The position numbers and the translations under genes are program-made. 64,000 bases of DNA from Candidatus Limnocylindria bacterium. GTDB taxonomy: Bacteria; Chloroflexota; Limnocylindria; P2-11E. Under the pieces are notes generated by a model that was not told where the DNA came from, searched no databases, and saw only the letters and a list, made by a program, of their open reading frames with translations. The stretch covers positions 28,429 through 92,428 of the forward strand of contig DATDEH010000122.1 of the NCBI GenBank assembly GCA_036523395.1, in the 5' to 3' direction. Within the stretch, counting starts at the first letter, position 1. Each line of letters begins with the position of its first letter. Below are positions 9,418-18,460 of this stretch, one piece after another.

Positions 9418-9766
9418 GTGGACGGACGCAAGGCATCGAACCGCGACCTCGTCGCCTACTTCCTGCGGCTTGGGACGCTCGGCTTCGACGGCCCGGTCGC
9501 GCTCGCAGGCGCCATGTACCGCGAGCTCGTGGAGCGCAGAGGCTGGATCACGCAGGACGAGTACGAGCTGTCGCTCGCTGCCGCGACGGGCGCTATCGCG
9601 GGAGCCGTCGTCCTCCTGGGGCAGCGAGCGATCGTGGATCTCGCCACAGCGACTGTCGGGATCGTCACATTCGGCGTGCTCTGGCGCTTCCGGCCACCGG
9701 ACGCTGGTCATCGTCGCGTCGGCGGCCATCGGGCTGGCTCTGGCCGTGAGAGCCCCCGTTCCTTGA
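9418..9766 (+). pseudogene. chromate transporter (ChrA-family) remnant, truncated and frameshifted
   Basis: RDLVAYFLRLGTLGFDGPVALAGAMYRELVERRGWITQDEYEL resembles a ChrA N-terminus (FLRLG.TGFGGP.A… RRW). It is only ~110 aa long, lacks the FLPGP region, and switches frame near 9700. Confidence 0.4.
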
Positions 9767-9811
9767 ATTGCGCGCATGGTATAGAAGACACCGCGCACAG
9801 GGAGGACTTCG

Positions 9812-10249
9812 ATGAAGTGGATCACCCGCGAACACCCGCGCGTGGATCGCGTCGCGTGTCCGTGGCTCATCGAACGGTTCGTCGACAAGAAGGCGGAGTT
9901 CGTCTACGTACCCGCTGACCAGGTCGCGGCGGAAGCGAAGCGGCGCGACGCCACGCCGTACGACATCAAGGACGTCGAGCTCGGGCATCATGGGGCGGAG
10001 TGCAGCTTCGACGCCTTCGTGCACAAGTACGCTCTCGACAAGGATCCCGCGATGATCTACATGGCCAGGGTCATACGCGGCGCCGACACCGCCGACAAGA
10101 CCATCACGCCGGAGTCACAAGGGGTCGAGGCCTTGCTCGACGGGGTGCGTCGTCTCCATTACTCCGACGACCAGAAGCAGCGGGAGGCTTCACGACCGCT
10201 CCTCGACGCGCTCTACGCGTACTGCAGGGAGAAGGCCGGGAAGAAGTGA
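9812..10249 (+). CDS. ChrB-type 'chromate resistance' C-terminal-domain protein
   Basis: WITREHPRVDRVACPWLIERFVD…EFVYVP matches the Chrome_Resist (ChrB C-terminal) domain pattern. It lies directly 3' of the chrA remnant. Confidence 0.5.
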   Translation: MKWITREHPRVDRVACPWLIERFVDKKAEFVYVPADQVAAEAKRRDATPYDIKDVELGHHGAECSFDAFVHKYALDKDPAMIYMARVIRGADTADKTITPESQGVEALLDGVRRLHYSDDQKQREASRPLLDALYAYCREKAGKK

Positions 10250-11158
10250 CGCTGCGTCGCCTCGCCTTCGTCGAGGTGCCGCGGGGCGCGAAGCCCGGCT
10301 TCGATCACGCGGACGTTCTCGTCGCGCCCGCGGGAAGCCGCATGTACGTCGCGCACACCGGTGACGACCGGGTCGACGTCTTTGACTGCGGCGAAATGCG
10401 TACCTCCGCGCTCTTGCGGGACACCCAGGCGTGGCTGGGTGCTGGTCGACGCGGAGCGCGATCTGCTGCTGACGACGGATCGGGGCTGCGCGCGACTGTC
10501 GATCTGCCGGGCCTCCGACGAGAAACTACTAGGTCAGGTCCCCGTCGGAGAGCGGCCGAACGGTGTCGCGTTCGATTTCCAGCAGAGCCACGCGTACACG
10601 TTCGATCTCGGCGACCTGCCCGGCGTCGGATGCACGTCCACGATCGTCGATATCGCAACGCGCACCGTCATCGGCCGCGTTGCCCTTCCCGGACGGCCGC
10701 GGTGGGCGCTGTACGACCCGGTGTCACTCGCGGTCTACGCGAACATCAGCGACCCGCCGTGCATCGTCGTGATCGAGACCAATGAGCGGAAGATCGGCCG
10801 GGTGATCGACGTCCCGTCTGCCGGACCGCATGGTCTCGCACTCGTCGACCACTCGCTGTTCTGCGCGACCGACGCCGGCGAGCTGATCGTCGTCGCCCGC
10901 GACGGCCGCCTTCGCGCACGGCTGAAGCTCGCCGCCGCGCCCGACGTCGTGATGTTCGATCGTGGCCTGAGGCGGCTTTACGTCGCGACCGGCTCTCCGG
11001 GCCTGGTGCAGTCGTTCGACACCACAGACCTTCGGCTGATCGAGACGATCGAGACCGAGGAGGGAGCGCACACGATCGGCTGGGATCCAGACCTGCGCCG
11101 CCTCCGGGTGTTCGCGCCTACGTCGTGCGGAGCATTCGTCTATGAGGACGCGGCATGA
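10246..11158 (+). CDS. YVTN-type beta-propeller repeat protein; apparent +1 frameshift near 10425-10440 (possible pseudogene or sequencing error)
   Basis: GTG 10246 overlaps the upstream stop (GTGA). Frame 1 encodes …RMYVAHTGDDRVDVFD… up to ~10430. Frame 2 continues with propeller blades (…PNGVAFD…, …RLYVATGSPGLVQSFD…) to 11158. Both halves are repeat-like. Confidence 0.5.
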
Positions 11159-11164
11159 CGTGGA

Positions 11165-13072
11165 TCAGCGGCTCACTTCGAGGTCGTACACCCCGCTGCC
11201 GGCGTCGCTCACGCTCAGCGTGATCTTCCACGAGCCGGCGTCCAGGCCGGGTACCGTGAACCGGTAACGGCCCGGGCCGAGCTCTGCGCCGTTCTCGACG
11301 CCGTCCAGTGGCGCCTGCGTGCCGGGCCCGCTGAATGTCGCGTGCACTTTCCTCCCGGTCACCGGATCGCCTTTCGAGTCAGTCACGACGACATTGAGAG
11401 TGAGGGGTGCGCCGGCCTGCGGCTGGAACGGCTCCGAGAACACGATGAGCTGGTAGGGCGGGATCGCGACGATCTTCGTCGTCGCACCCTGGCCCTCGGG
11501 CTGGGATACCGGCACCGTGAACAGCGTGTGGATGTCGGCGCGGCCGGACAGACGCACGATCGTCTCGACCTTCCACGTGCCGAGCATCGCTGTCGGGCTG
11601 CCTTCGGCGACGTACTCGCCAGGAGCGCGCTCGGTCGCGACGAGCTCCTGCTCGCCCATGTCGTGCTCGACCATCGTGAAGCGCAGCGTGACCTTCTCCG
11701 CACCACTGATCGGCGTGAGTCCCTGCTGCACCCTGACCGCGAAGCGGTTGCGCCCCGGCAGCGTCGTCGATGTCAGGAGCTCGATGCGGATGCCGCTGAC
11801 GTGCTTGGTCTCGTCGAACGCGGCGCCGTTCGCCCGCGCCGGCGGTGCGAAGGCGGTGAGGAATGAAGCGGCCACGAGCACGCCGGCGAAGAGCGCGGAT
11901 TCGGAGACGACGCCGCGCCGGAACTGCGCGCTTGCTGCGAGGCCGCGCCGCATACGCGGTCCCCACACCAGCAGGTTGAGCGCGCCGAGACCGACGAGGC
12001 CGACGAGGAGCACGATCTTCGCGAGCAGCGCGATGCCGTAGGGCGTCTCGATGAGATCCTCGAGGAGGACGAGACGGTCGAGCGACTGCAGCGTGCCCGT
12101 CGTGATGATGACCGCGACGGCCACGAGTGCGGTTAGTGAGAACCGCCAGATCGTCCGGCCGAGCGCGTGCGGGTCGTCGGATCGCGCTGACGGCATCGCG
12201 ACGTACGCGAACGCCACGACACCGCCGAGCCAGATCGAGATCGCGATGATGTGGAGATAGTCGAGCGCGACGTAGCGGAGGTCGCCGCTCGCCGCAGCAT
12301 GCGAGACCAGCGTCGCGGTGAGTCCCGCCGCAAGCCCGAAGAACGCGGTCGCCTCGCGGCGAGCGTCGGCGGGTAGCAGACGCAGCGGCACGGCCAGCGA
12401 CGCGACGGCTGCGACGCCGGCGAGCGCGCGCAATACCAGGAGCAGGAGGAGACGCTGCGGAATGGTCGTGCCTAGATTCAAGAAGAGCAGGGCGCTGCCG
12501 ATGACGAGAGCCGCGCCGCCGACGGTCACGAGGCGCAGCTCGCGCCGCATCTCGGCCCCACCCGTCGGGACGCGGATGAACATCGTGAAGAACGCGAGAC
12601 CCGTGAGCAGCGCCGTCCCCGCGTAGGACAACACGCGTCCAGCGATCTCGAGAGCGGTCGGAGGCGGGGCGGACGGCGCGAAGTCCTTCGTGAACTGCGG
12701 AAGCGGAGCGTTGACCGCGAACGCGAACGCTCCCTTCGTCTCGTGGCCGTCGACAGCCGAGACCGCCGTCCACGAAACGAGGTAGCCGCCGTCACCGATG
12801 GTGCCGAGCGACACGCGCAGCGTGTTCGCTTCGTCGGTCACCAGCGTGACGTCGCGGTTGTCGAGGCGCTTGCCACTGGTGTCGAGCACCGCGACGTCAC
12901 TGCCGCGCGCGTCCGGCGTTTCGCTGAACGTGACGCGCACCTCTGCCGGCGGCTTGGTGAGCCGCGCATCGGACGCGGGGTTCGACTTCACGTAATTCGC
13001 GTGCGCTGCCGCCGCGCCGCCCATCAGGATGAGGATGGACGCGGCGACGAGCGCCGCGAGGAGACCGCGCAC
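11165..13072 (-). CDS. copCD: CopC–CopD fusion copper-resistance/uptake protein (YcnJ-like) with C-terminal YtkA/FixH-like domain
   Basis: N-terminal signal plus CopC fold (HANYVKSNPA…H…), an eight-TM His-rich CopD core, and a C-terminal beta-domain. GTG start overlaps the upstream stop (TAGTG). Confidence 0.8.
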   Translation of the reverse strand: MRGLLAALVAASILILMGGAAAAHANYVKSNPASDARLTKPPAEVRVTFSETPDARGSDVAVLDTSGKRLDNRDVTLVTDEANTLRVSLGTIGDGGYLVSWTAVSAVDGHETKGAFAFAVNAPLPQFTKDFAPSAPPPTALEIAGRVLSYAGTALLTGLAFFTMFIRVPTGGAEMRRELRLVTVGGAALVIGSALLFLNLGTTIPQRLLLLLVLRALAGVAAVASLAVPLRLLPADARREATAFFGLAAGLTATLVSHAAASGDLRYVALDYLHIIAISIWLGGVVAFAYVAMPSARSDDPHALGRTIWRFSLTALVAVAVIITTGTLQSLDRLVLLEDLIETPYGIALLAKIVLLVGLVGLGALNLLVWGPRMRRGLAASAQFRRGVVSESALFAGVLVAASFLTAFAPPARANGAAFDETKHVSGIRIELLTSTTLPGRNRFAVRVQQGLTPISGAEKVTLRFTMVEHDMGEQELVATERAPGEYVAEGSPTAMLGTWKVETIVRLSGRADIHTLFTVPVSQPEGQGATTKIVAIPPYQLIVFSEPFQPQAGAPLTLNVVVTDSKGDPVTGRKVHATFSGPGTQAPLDGVENGAELGPGRYRFTVPGLDAGSWKITLSVSDAGSGVYDLEVSR

Positions 13073-13674
13073 TAGGCGCGGCGCCGTGACATCGCGAAGG
13101 AGGCGCCGAGAGCGACGATCCCGACGACGACGGCTACCGCCGATAGCAGCCGTGTCTGGTCGATGCCGCTCTGCAGATCGCCCAGGCGCCTGGTGAGATC
13201 GTCCGCCGCGGGAACGTTGTTCGGGTATTGGAGGGCCGTCGTCGACTCGATGTCGCCGAACCGGCCCGGCCCGGACTCGAACTTCTCGTTGACGTCCTGC
13301 GACTCGATCTTCCCCTTGATCGTGAATGTGTACGTGCCGGTCGCGGTCGGCATCACGTATCCGTTGTATGCGCCCGGCGTCCCGAAGCGGGCAGTGATCG
13401 TGAGCGGAAGCGACGCGAGGCCACCGGTCTGCAGGTCGACCGTGATCGTCTTCTCGAGACCCTCGACGGCTTTTGCGGGATTGACACGCGTGTCGCTCAC
13501 GCGCAGGTCGAGACTGTTCACGAGACCGACGTAGGCGGGCTCGTTCAGCCAGCCCACGACGAATTGGTAAGGCCCCACCATCCGGCGCTCGTGTGCCGAC
13601 GCGGTGCCGCCGTAGATCGCGAAGCTCGAAACGACGACGAGCGTCGCCGTCGCGAGCGAGATGAGCCGCGTCAT
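13072..13674 (-). CDS. YcnI-like (DUF1775) membrane-tethered copper-binding protein
   Basis: Signal peptide, mature N-terminal H (…ASAHERRMVGPYQF…) and a C-terminal TM anchor. The YcnI/YcnJ pairing is as in the Bacillus ycnKJI locus. Only the last 200 codons of the listed 524-aa ORF are real. Confidence 0.65.
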   Translation of the reverse strand: MTRLISLATATLVVVSSFAIYGGTASAHERRMVGPYQFVVGWLNEPAYVGLVNSLDLRVSDTRVNPAKAVEGLEKTITVDLQTGGLASLPLTITARFGTPGAYNGYVMPTATGTYTFTIKGKIESQDVNEKFESGPGRFGDIESTTALQYPNNVPAADDLTRRLGDLQSGIDQTRLLSAVAVVVGIVALGASFAMSRRRA

Positions 13675-13732
13675 GTGACCCTCCAAGGTCTTTCGTGCCC
13701 GGCGTTCCCCAGGCCGCTCGGTCGCGGGAGGG

Positions 13733-14098
13733 TCAGGCGCGCGGCGGTCCAAGGACAAGCACAGGTCGCCACTGCGCGCCGGCGATGTGCACGGGCGAGA
13801 GCTCTGCGACCGGACGTAGTGCAGGTCGCGGCAGTCGCGGCCATGCGAAGACCAGCAGTGCCAGCACGAATGAGTACGTCGCGACGTCGACGAGATGCTC
13901 GCTGAGCACGCCCTGCCGCGGGTCGAAGCGCGCCTGCATGTTGGCGAGGAAGATCGGCAGGCGGTACGCCGCGAGGACGTGGTCGTGATACTTCGGCGTC
14001 CCCGGCGGGTCGACGTGTGGCGCGACGACGAGCCCGGAGCCAGCGAGGGTGGCGCCGGTGACGGCGAGCGCGAAGACACAGGTCGCGAGGAGGCGCAT
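13733..14098 (-). CDS. small two-TM membrane protein with His/Pro-rich loop
   Basis: MRLLATCVFALAV…HVDPPGTPKYHDHV…VATYSFVLALLVFAW. Its ATG abuts the Fur stop (TAGATG). It is the first gene downstream of the regulator in the copper operon. Confidence 0.4.
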   Translation of the reverse strand: MRLLATCVFALAVTGATLAGSGLVVAPHVDPPGTPKYHDHVLAAYRLPIFLANMQARFDPRQGVLSEHLVDVATYSFVLALLVFAWPRLPRPALRPVAELSPVHIAGAQWRPVLVLGPPRA

Positions 14099-14539
14099 CT
14101 AGACAGAGGATACGTTCGAGCAGGCCTTGCAGATACCGACGATCGCCGAGTGCGCCAGGTCGGCGCGGAAACCGTGTTCGTCCCGTAGCCGGCGCGCGAG
14201 AGGCTCGAGCAGGCCGATGGGAAGCTCCTGCTCGGCCCCACAGCTCCGGCAGACGAGGTGGCCGTGGCGCTGGGCGTCGGCGCGGTGCCAGCGCGTGACG
14301 CGGTCGTCGAAGTGGGTGTGGGTGACGTAGCCGAGCGCCTCGAGCGCTTCGAGGTTCCGGTACACCGTCGACGGGTCGATCTGCGGGTGGCGCGCCCGGA
14401 TGCGCGTCGCGATGTCCTCCGCGGTGACATGGTGGCGCGCGCGCTGGAGCGCCTCCAAGACCAGGCGGCGCTGGACGGTGATGCGCATCCCACTCGCGCG
14501 CAGTCGCTCGTCGATCTCCATCGCGCAAGCGTCGCGCAA
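14099..14539 (-). CDS. Fur-family metalloregulator
   Basis: Winged-helix N-terminus with the HHxxC…C / C..C metal-site arrangement (HGHLVCRSCG…CKAC). It heads the YcnI–CopCD operon and is divergent from a NicO transporter. Confidence 0.75.
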   Translation of the reverse strand: MRDACAMEIDERLRASGMRITVQRRLVLEALQRARHHVTAEDIATRIRARHPQIDPSTVYRNLEALEALGYVTHTHFDDRVTRWHRADAQRHGHLVCRSCGAEQELPIGLLEPLARRLRDEHGFRADLAHSAIVGICKACSNVSSV

Positions 14540-14611
14540 ACGCGAGCATGTTGCAACAGACCACTATTGCGGTTGTTTGCGATAAGCCAGGTCGCTCGGT
14601 AGGCTGCGGCG

Positions 14612-15529
14612 GTGGATCTCAGCGTCGTCGTACTCCTTCTCGGCATGGTCGCGCTCGGCTTCCGCCACGGCTTTGATTGGGATCACATCGCCGCGATCAC
14701 GGACATCACCAGCACGACGACATCAGGGCACGCCGAGGTCGACGTGCCGGCCGCGTCGCCGGTGACGCCGCACGGCCACGACGCGGGCGAGATGCGCGCT
14801 CATGTGCACAAGCACGCGGCGAGCGGACCGAGCGCGGCGCACGCGTTCGGCGAGTCGCGCTTCGCGCACGAGCAGCGCCACGCGATCGGGCTCGCGTCGC
14901 TCTACGCGCTGGGCCACGCGTCGGTCGTCCTGGTCCTCGGCGTTCTCGCCCTGACGCTCGGGGCGGTCCTACCGGGCTGGGTCGATCCGATCCTGGAGAA
15001 GGTCGTCGGCGTGACGCTCGTTCTGCTCGGTGCGTGGGTGATCTATTCGGTGGTGCAGTACGTGCGCGGCAAAGGTGAGTTCCGGATGCGCAGTCGCTGG
15101 ATGCTCGTCTTCGATCTCGCACGCAACGGCTGGGACGCGCTCCAGGCGCGCATCCACGGACACGAGCACCGCCCGTCGGCGCACTCGACGCAGTACGGTC
15201 CACGCACCGCGTTCGGGGTCGGGATGATCCACGGCGTCGGCGCGGAGACGGGCTCGCAGGCCCTGCTTCTCGCGGGGATCGCCGGCGTCACCGGGACGAC
15301 CGGCATAGTGATCCTCCTCGCGTTCGTCGTGGGCCTGCTCCTGTCGAACACGCTCGTCGCGGTCGTGAGCGCGAGCGGCTTCATCGGAGCTCAGCGCATG
15401 CGGACTGTTTACGTGATCGTGGGCGCCTTCGCGGGCGTGGCGAGCCTCGTCATCGGCGCGCTGTTCATCTTCGGTCTCGGTACGGCGCTGCCCGATCTGC
15501 AGCAGCTCCTCTTCGGTGGCGAGAGCTAG
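14612..15529 (+). CDS. NicO/RcnA-family nickel/cobalt transporter
   Basis: HGFDWDHIAAI motif (NicO H.xD.DH), a His-rich cytoplasmic loop (HGHDAGEMRAHVHKH), six TM segments. Confidence 0.65.
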   Translation: MDLSVVVLLLGMVALGFRHGFDWDHIAAITDITSTTTSGHAEVDVPAASPVTPHGHDAGEMRAHVHKHAASGPSAAHAFGESRFAHEQRHAIGLASLYALGHASVVLVLGVLALTLGAVLPGWVDPILEKVVGVTLVLLGAWVIYSVVQYVRGKGEFRMRSRWMLVFDLARNGWDALQARIHGHEHRPSAHSTQYGPRTAFGVGMIHGVGAETGSQALLLAGIAGVTGTTGIVILLAFVVGLLLSNTLVAVVSASGFIGAQRMRTVYVIVGAFAGVASLVIGALFIFGLGTALPDLQQLLFGGES

Positions 15530-15553
15530 ACAAACTGATACTCTGTCTCAGTT

Positions 15554-15982
15554 GTGGTCGCTACCGCCAGCGCGATCCTCACGCAGCTTGGTCATTCGGG
15601 CCGCCGCCGCACGTCGCCGCGGCGCGAGGTCATCGCGGCAGCGCTGCGACGTCGTGAACCCTTCGCGGCTCGGCAGCTCATCGGTGAGTTAGCACGCCGG
15701 GGTGTCGGCCGGGCTACCGTCTTCCGCACCTTGGATCTCCTTGTCTCCCTCGGCGCGCTGTCGCGCCTCCACGGGGTCGAAGGTGGGGTGCGGTGCGTGC
15801 GCTATACGCCGTGCGCACCGTCCCATCACCACCACCTCGTCTGTCAGGCGTGCGGTCGGGTCGAGGAACTCGCGCCGAAGGTCCTGGACCAGCGGATCAC
15901 CGCGATGGCCCGGTCGCGCGGCTTCGAACCGCTCGGACACACCGTCGAGATCGTTGGGCTTTGTCCCGAGTGCCGAGCATGA
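15554..15982 (+). CDS. Fur-family regulator (Zur-like)
   Basis: HHHLVCQACG…CPEC metal sites. Its stop overlaps the start of a ZIP zinc transporter (ATGA), the classic Zur–transporter pairing. Confidence 0.7.
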   Translation: MVATASAILTQLGHSGRRRTSPRREVIAAALRRREPFAARQLIGELARRGVGRATVFRTLDLLVSLGALSRLHGVEGGVRCVRYTPCAPSHHHHLVCQACGRVEELAPKVLDQRITAMARSRGFEPLGHTVEIVGLCPECRA

Positions 15983-16719
15983 CGCCGTTCGTCTTACTCC
16001 TCGGCTTCGCAGCGGCCCTCGGGGACCTCATCGGCGGCGCGATCGTCGCCACGCCCCGACACATCTCCGATCGAACGCTGACGCTGTTGATGGCGCTCGG
16101 CGCCGGCAACCTTCTCGGCGTGTCGGTCATCGAGCTCATCCCCGAGTCAATCAAGGAAGTCGGTGAGTCCGCGCCCCTCTACATCCTCGGCGGCTACCTC
16201 CTCATCCATTTCTTCGAGCATGTTTTCGCGCCGCATTTGCACTTCGGGGAAGAGACGCACGCGGACAGCGTCATCGACACGCACGTCTCCAGCACGGCGA
16301 TCCTTGGCCTTGCCCTGCACGCCTTCATGGACGGCGTGGCGATCGGGTCGGCGTTCATAGCCAGCCCGGCCCTCGGGGTGATCGTGTTCGCAGCGATCAT
16401 GCTGCACAAGCTCCCCGAGGGGTTCACGATCGCGTCGGTCATGAAGGCGACCGGGGCCGGTCGTCGCGGAACGCTGGCGGCGGCCGGACTTCTGTCGATC
16501 GCGACCTTCGGTGGCGTCCTCGCGACAGGACTGCTCAGCAATTTCGCTGGCCCTGCGCTAGCGGTCGCCACTGGTTCGGTCCTGTACGTCGGTGCGACCG
16601 ACCTGATGGCCGAGGCCAACAAAGAGTTCGGCATTCTGAATCCGATCATGGTGTTCATCGGGATCGGCATGTTCTTCGCGCTCATTGGTGCGGCGCGCCT
16701 GGCGGGCGTCGAGGTCTGA
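15979..16719 (+). CDS. zupT: ZIP-family zinc transporter (ZupT-like)
   Basis: HKLPEG and H..DG.A ZIP signatures and eight TM segments. ATG 15979. The listed ORF start 15793 is run-through. Confidence 0.8.
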   Translation: MTPFVLLLGFAAALGDLIGGAIVATPRHISDRTLTLLMALGAGNLLGVSVIELIPESIKEVGESAPLYILGGYLLIHFFEHVFAPHLHFGEETHADSVIDTHVSSTAILGLALHAFMDGVAIGSAFIASPALGVIVFAAIMLHKLPEGFTIASVMKATGAGRRGTLAAAGLLSIATFGGVLATGLLSNFAGPALAVATGSVLYVGATDLMAEANKEFGILNPIMVFIGIGMFFALIGAARLAGVEV

Positions 16720-16766
16720 TCCTGCGAGTCTCGCTCGCAGCAGCGATCCTTGCGAGTCTCGCACTG

Positions 16767-17204
16767 GTGGCATGCTCGACGCGACCCCTCGCAGTTGATC
16801 GGATCGCGACGCCGGGAATCATCGTCGTGCCCACCGAACTGCCGAACGGCCGTGTCGAGATCGCGATGCGACCGAGCTACGTGCTCGGAGCAGGGATGCA
16901 GGTGAGCGTCACGATCGTCGCGACGAAAGGAACGATCGCGGGCCCGACCGACGCGCGCGTGATGGCGAGCGGCATCAACGAGGGTGGCTCGCCGGCGGAG
17001 GTGCTCGTTCGTCGTCTCGACGCGAAGGTGCAAACGGTCCGGGCGGGTGGGCGGGCGACCGCGACTCTGACGTGGAACGGCGAGGACGAGTTCGGTGTGC
17101 GCGTGCCCGCGGATGCGTATGTGCTGCTGGTCGAGTTCGAGGCGGACGACGGCACGCGCACGCAGACGATCCGTGCAGCGGCGACGCTGCAGATGAACGA
17201 CTAA
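16767..17204 (+). CDS. hypothetical (probable lipoprotein; true start likely upstream, non-canonical)
   Basis: The in-frame sequence 16716-16766 encodes a textbook lipoprotein signal (LILRVSLAAAILASLALVAC). It contains no ATG/GTG/TTG before GTG 16767. Confidence 0.4.
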   Translation: MACSTRPLAVDRIATPGIIVVPTELPNGRVEIAMRPSYVLGAGMQVSVTIVATKGTIAGPTDARVMASGINEGGSPAEVLVRRLDAKVQTVRAGGRATATLTWNGEDEFGVRVPADAYVLLVEFEADDGTRTQTIRAAATLQMND

Positions 17205-17214
17205 CATCGAATGC

Positions 17215-17382
17215 GTGCCCGTCGATAAGCAGCTCCTCGACATCCTTGTGTGTCCCGCGGACCACGGTCCGCTCAGCGAGGAAGGCGACCGCCTTGTCTG
17301 CGGCCGCTGCCGCCGCCGGTATCCGGTCCGCGATGGCATCCCCGTGATGCTCATCGAAGAGGCCGAGCAGCCCGCGTCCTAG
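17215..17382 (+). CDS. Trm112/YcaR-like small zinc-ribbon protein
   Basis: VPVDKQLLDILVCP…LVCGRC…YPVRDGIPVML.EEA matches the Trm112p-like family. GTG start. Confidence 0.6.
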   Translation: MPVDKQLLDILVCPADHGPLSEEGDRLVCGRCRRRYPVRDGIPVMLIEEAEQPAS

Positions 17383-17423
17383 GACGGAAGGAGTCCCCTC
17401 TGGCCACTCAGATCACACCGAAC

Positions 17424-18443
17424 ATGACCATCGCCTCGGTCGTCGACCGTTGGCCCGACTCGGCGCGCATCTTCGCGCGCTACACCCTCGGCTGTGCGTC
17501 ATGTGCGATCAGCAAGAGCGAGACGATCGCGCAGGCTGCGGCCGGCCACGGCGCTGGCCGAGTGAAGCTCGACGACCTCATCAGCGAGCTCAACGTATTC
17601 GCCGACACGGGCAAGCTGCCCGAAGGTGCGCCGCCCGCGCCGTCACTCGCCGCGAAGGGCGTGCCGCGCGGCATGGCGGAGCAGAAGGGCATCAAGCACG
17701 TCATCGCGGTCATGTCCGGCAAGGGCGGAGTGGGGAAGTCGCTCGTCGCCGGTCTGCTCGCCGTCGGCCTGAAGCGACGCGGATTCAGCGTCGGCGTCCT
17801 GGACGGCGATATCACCGGTCCCTCCATCCCGCGGATGTTCGGCGTCCACGAGAAGCCGATGTCGGCGGATGGCAAGACGCTCGTGCCGCCGAAGTCGCGC
17901 GGCGGCATCCCGATCATGTCGATGAATCTCATCCTGCCGAGCGAAGAGGAAGCGGTCATCTGGCGCGGCCCGATGGTGTCGGGCGCGATCCGCCAGTTCT
18001 TCAGCGACGTGCAGTGGGGCGAGCTCGACTACCTCATCGTCGATCTCCCGCCTGGCACGAGCGACGCGCCGCTCACGGTCATGCAGGCGCTGCCCGTCGA
18101 CGGCGTCGTACTCGTGACCACACCGCAGGCGCTCGCGACCATGGTGGTCACCAAGGCCGTGAAGCTAGTCAAGCAGCTCGGCGGCGACATCATCGGCGTC
18201 GTCGAGAACATGGCCTACGTGACGCTTCCCGACGGCGGCCGCCTCGAGGTGTTCGGCCCGTCGCAGGGCCTCAAGCTCGTCATCGCGTCGAACGCGCCGC
18301 TCATGGGAAAGCTGCCGATCGATCCCGCGATCGCGCGCGACGCCGACAACGGCGACATCGAGAACTACACCTCGCCTGAGGCGGACGAACTCGTCGAGAA
18401 CTTCATGCTCGTCGCGCCGCTCAAGGAGCCGGTCCGGGCCTAG
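17424..18443 (+). CDS. mrp: Mrp/ApbC/NBP35-family Fe-S cluster carrier ATPase with N-terminal DUF1858-like domain
   Basis: P-loop SGKGGVGKS, the DLPPGTSD switch and C-terminal Cys. An in-frame CTG at 17400 lies 7 nt after GGAAGGAG and could be the real start. Confidence 0.8.
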   Translation: MTIASVVDRWPDSARIFARYTLGCASCAISKSETIAQAAAGHGAGRVKLDDLISELNVFADTGKLPEGAPPAPSLAAKGVPRGMAEQKGIKHVIAVMSGKGGVGKSLVAGLLAVGLKRRGFSVGVLDGDITGPSIPRMFGVHEKPMSADGKTLVPPKSRGGIPIMSMNLILPSEEEAVIWRGPMVSGAIRQFFSDVQWGELDYLIVDLPPGTSDAPLTVMQALPVDGVVLVTTPQALATMVVTKAVKLVKQLGGDIIGVVENMAYVTLPDGGRLEVFGPSQGLKLVIASNAPLMGKLPIDPAIARDADNGDIENYTSPEADELVENFMLVAPLKEPVRA

Positions 18444-18460
18444 GTCGCTAACCTTCGCGG

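Noticed and set aside
8438-9436. 332-aa minus-strand ORF and 9280..9888 minus ORF
   Set aside because: They overlap two c-type cytochrome genes and the chrA remnant and have Arg/Ser-rich composition. They are artefacts.
13072-14646. 524-aa minus-strand ORF
   Set aside because: Only the last 200 codons form a coherent YcnI-like protein (signal peptide, His-start mature domain). The remainder runs antisense through the Fur and small-membrane-protein genes.
16194-17354. 386-aa minus-strand ORF
   Set aside because: It overlaps the ZIP transporter, lipoprotein and Trm112-like genes in antisense and has no domain features.
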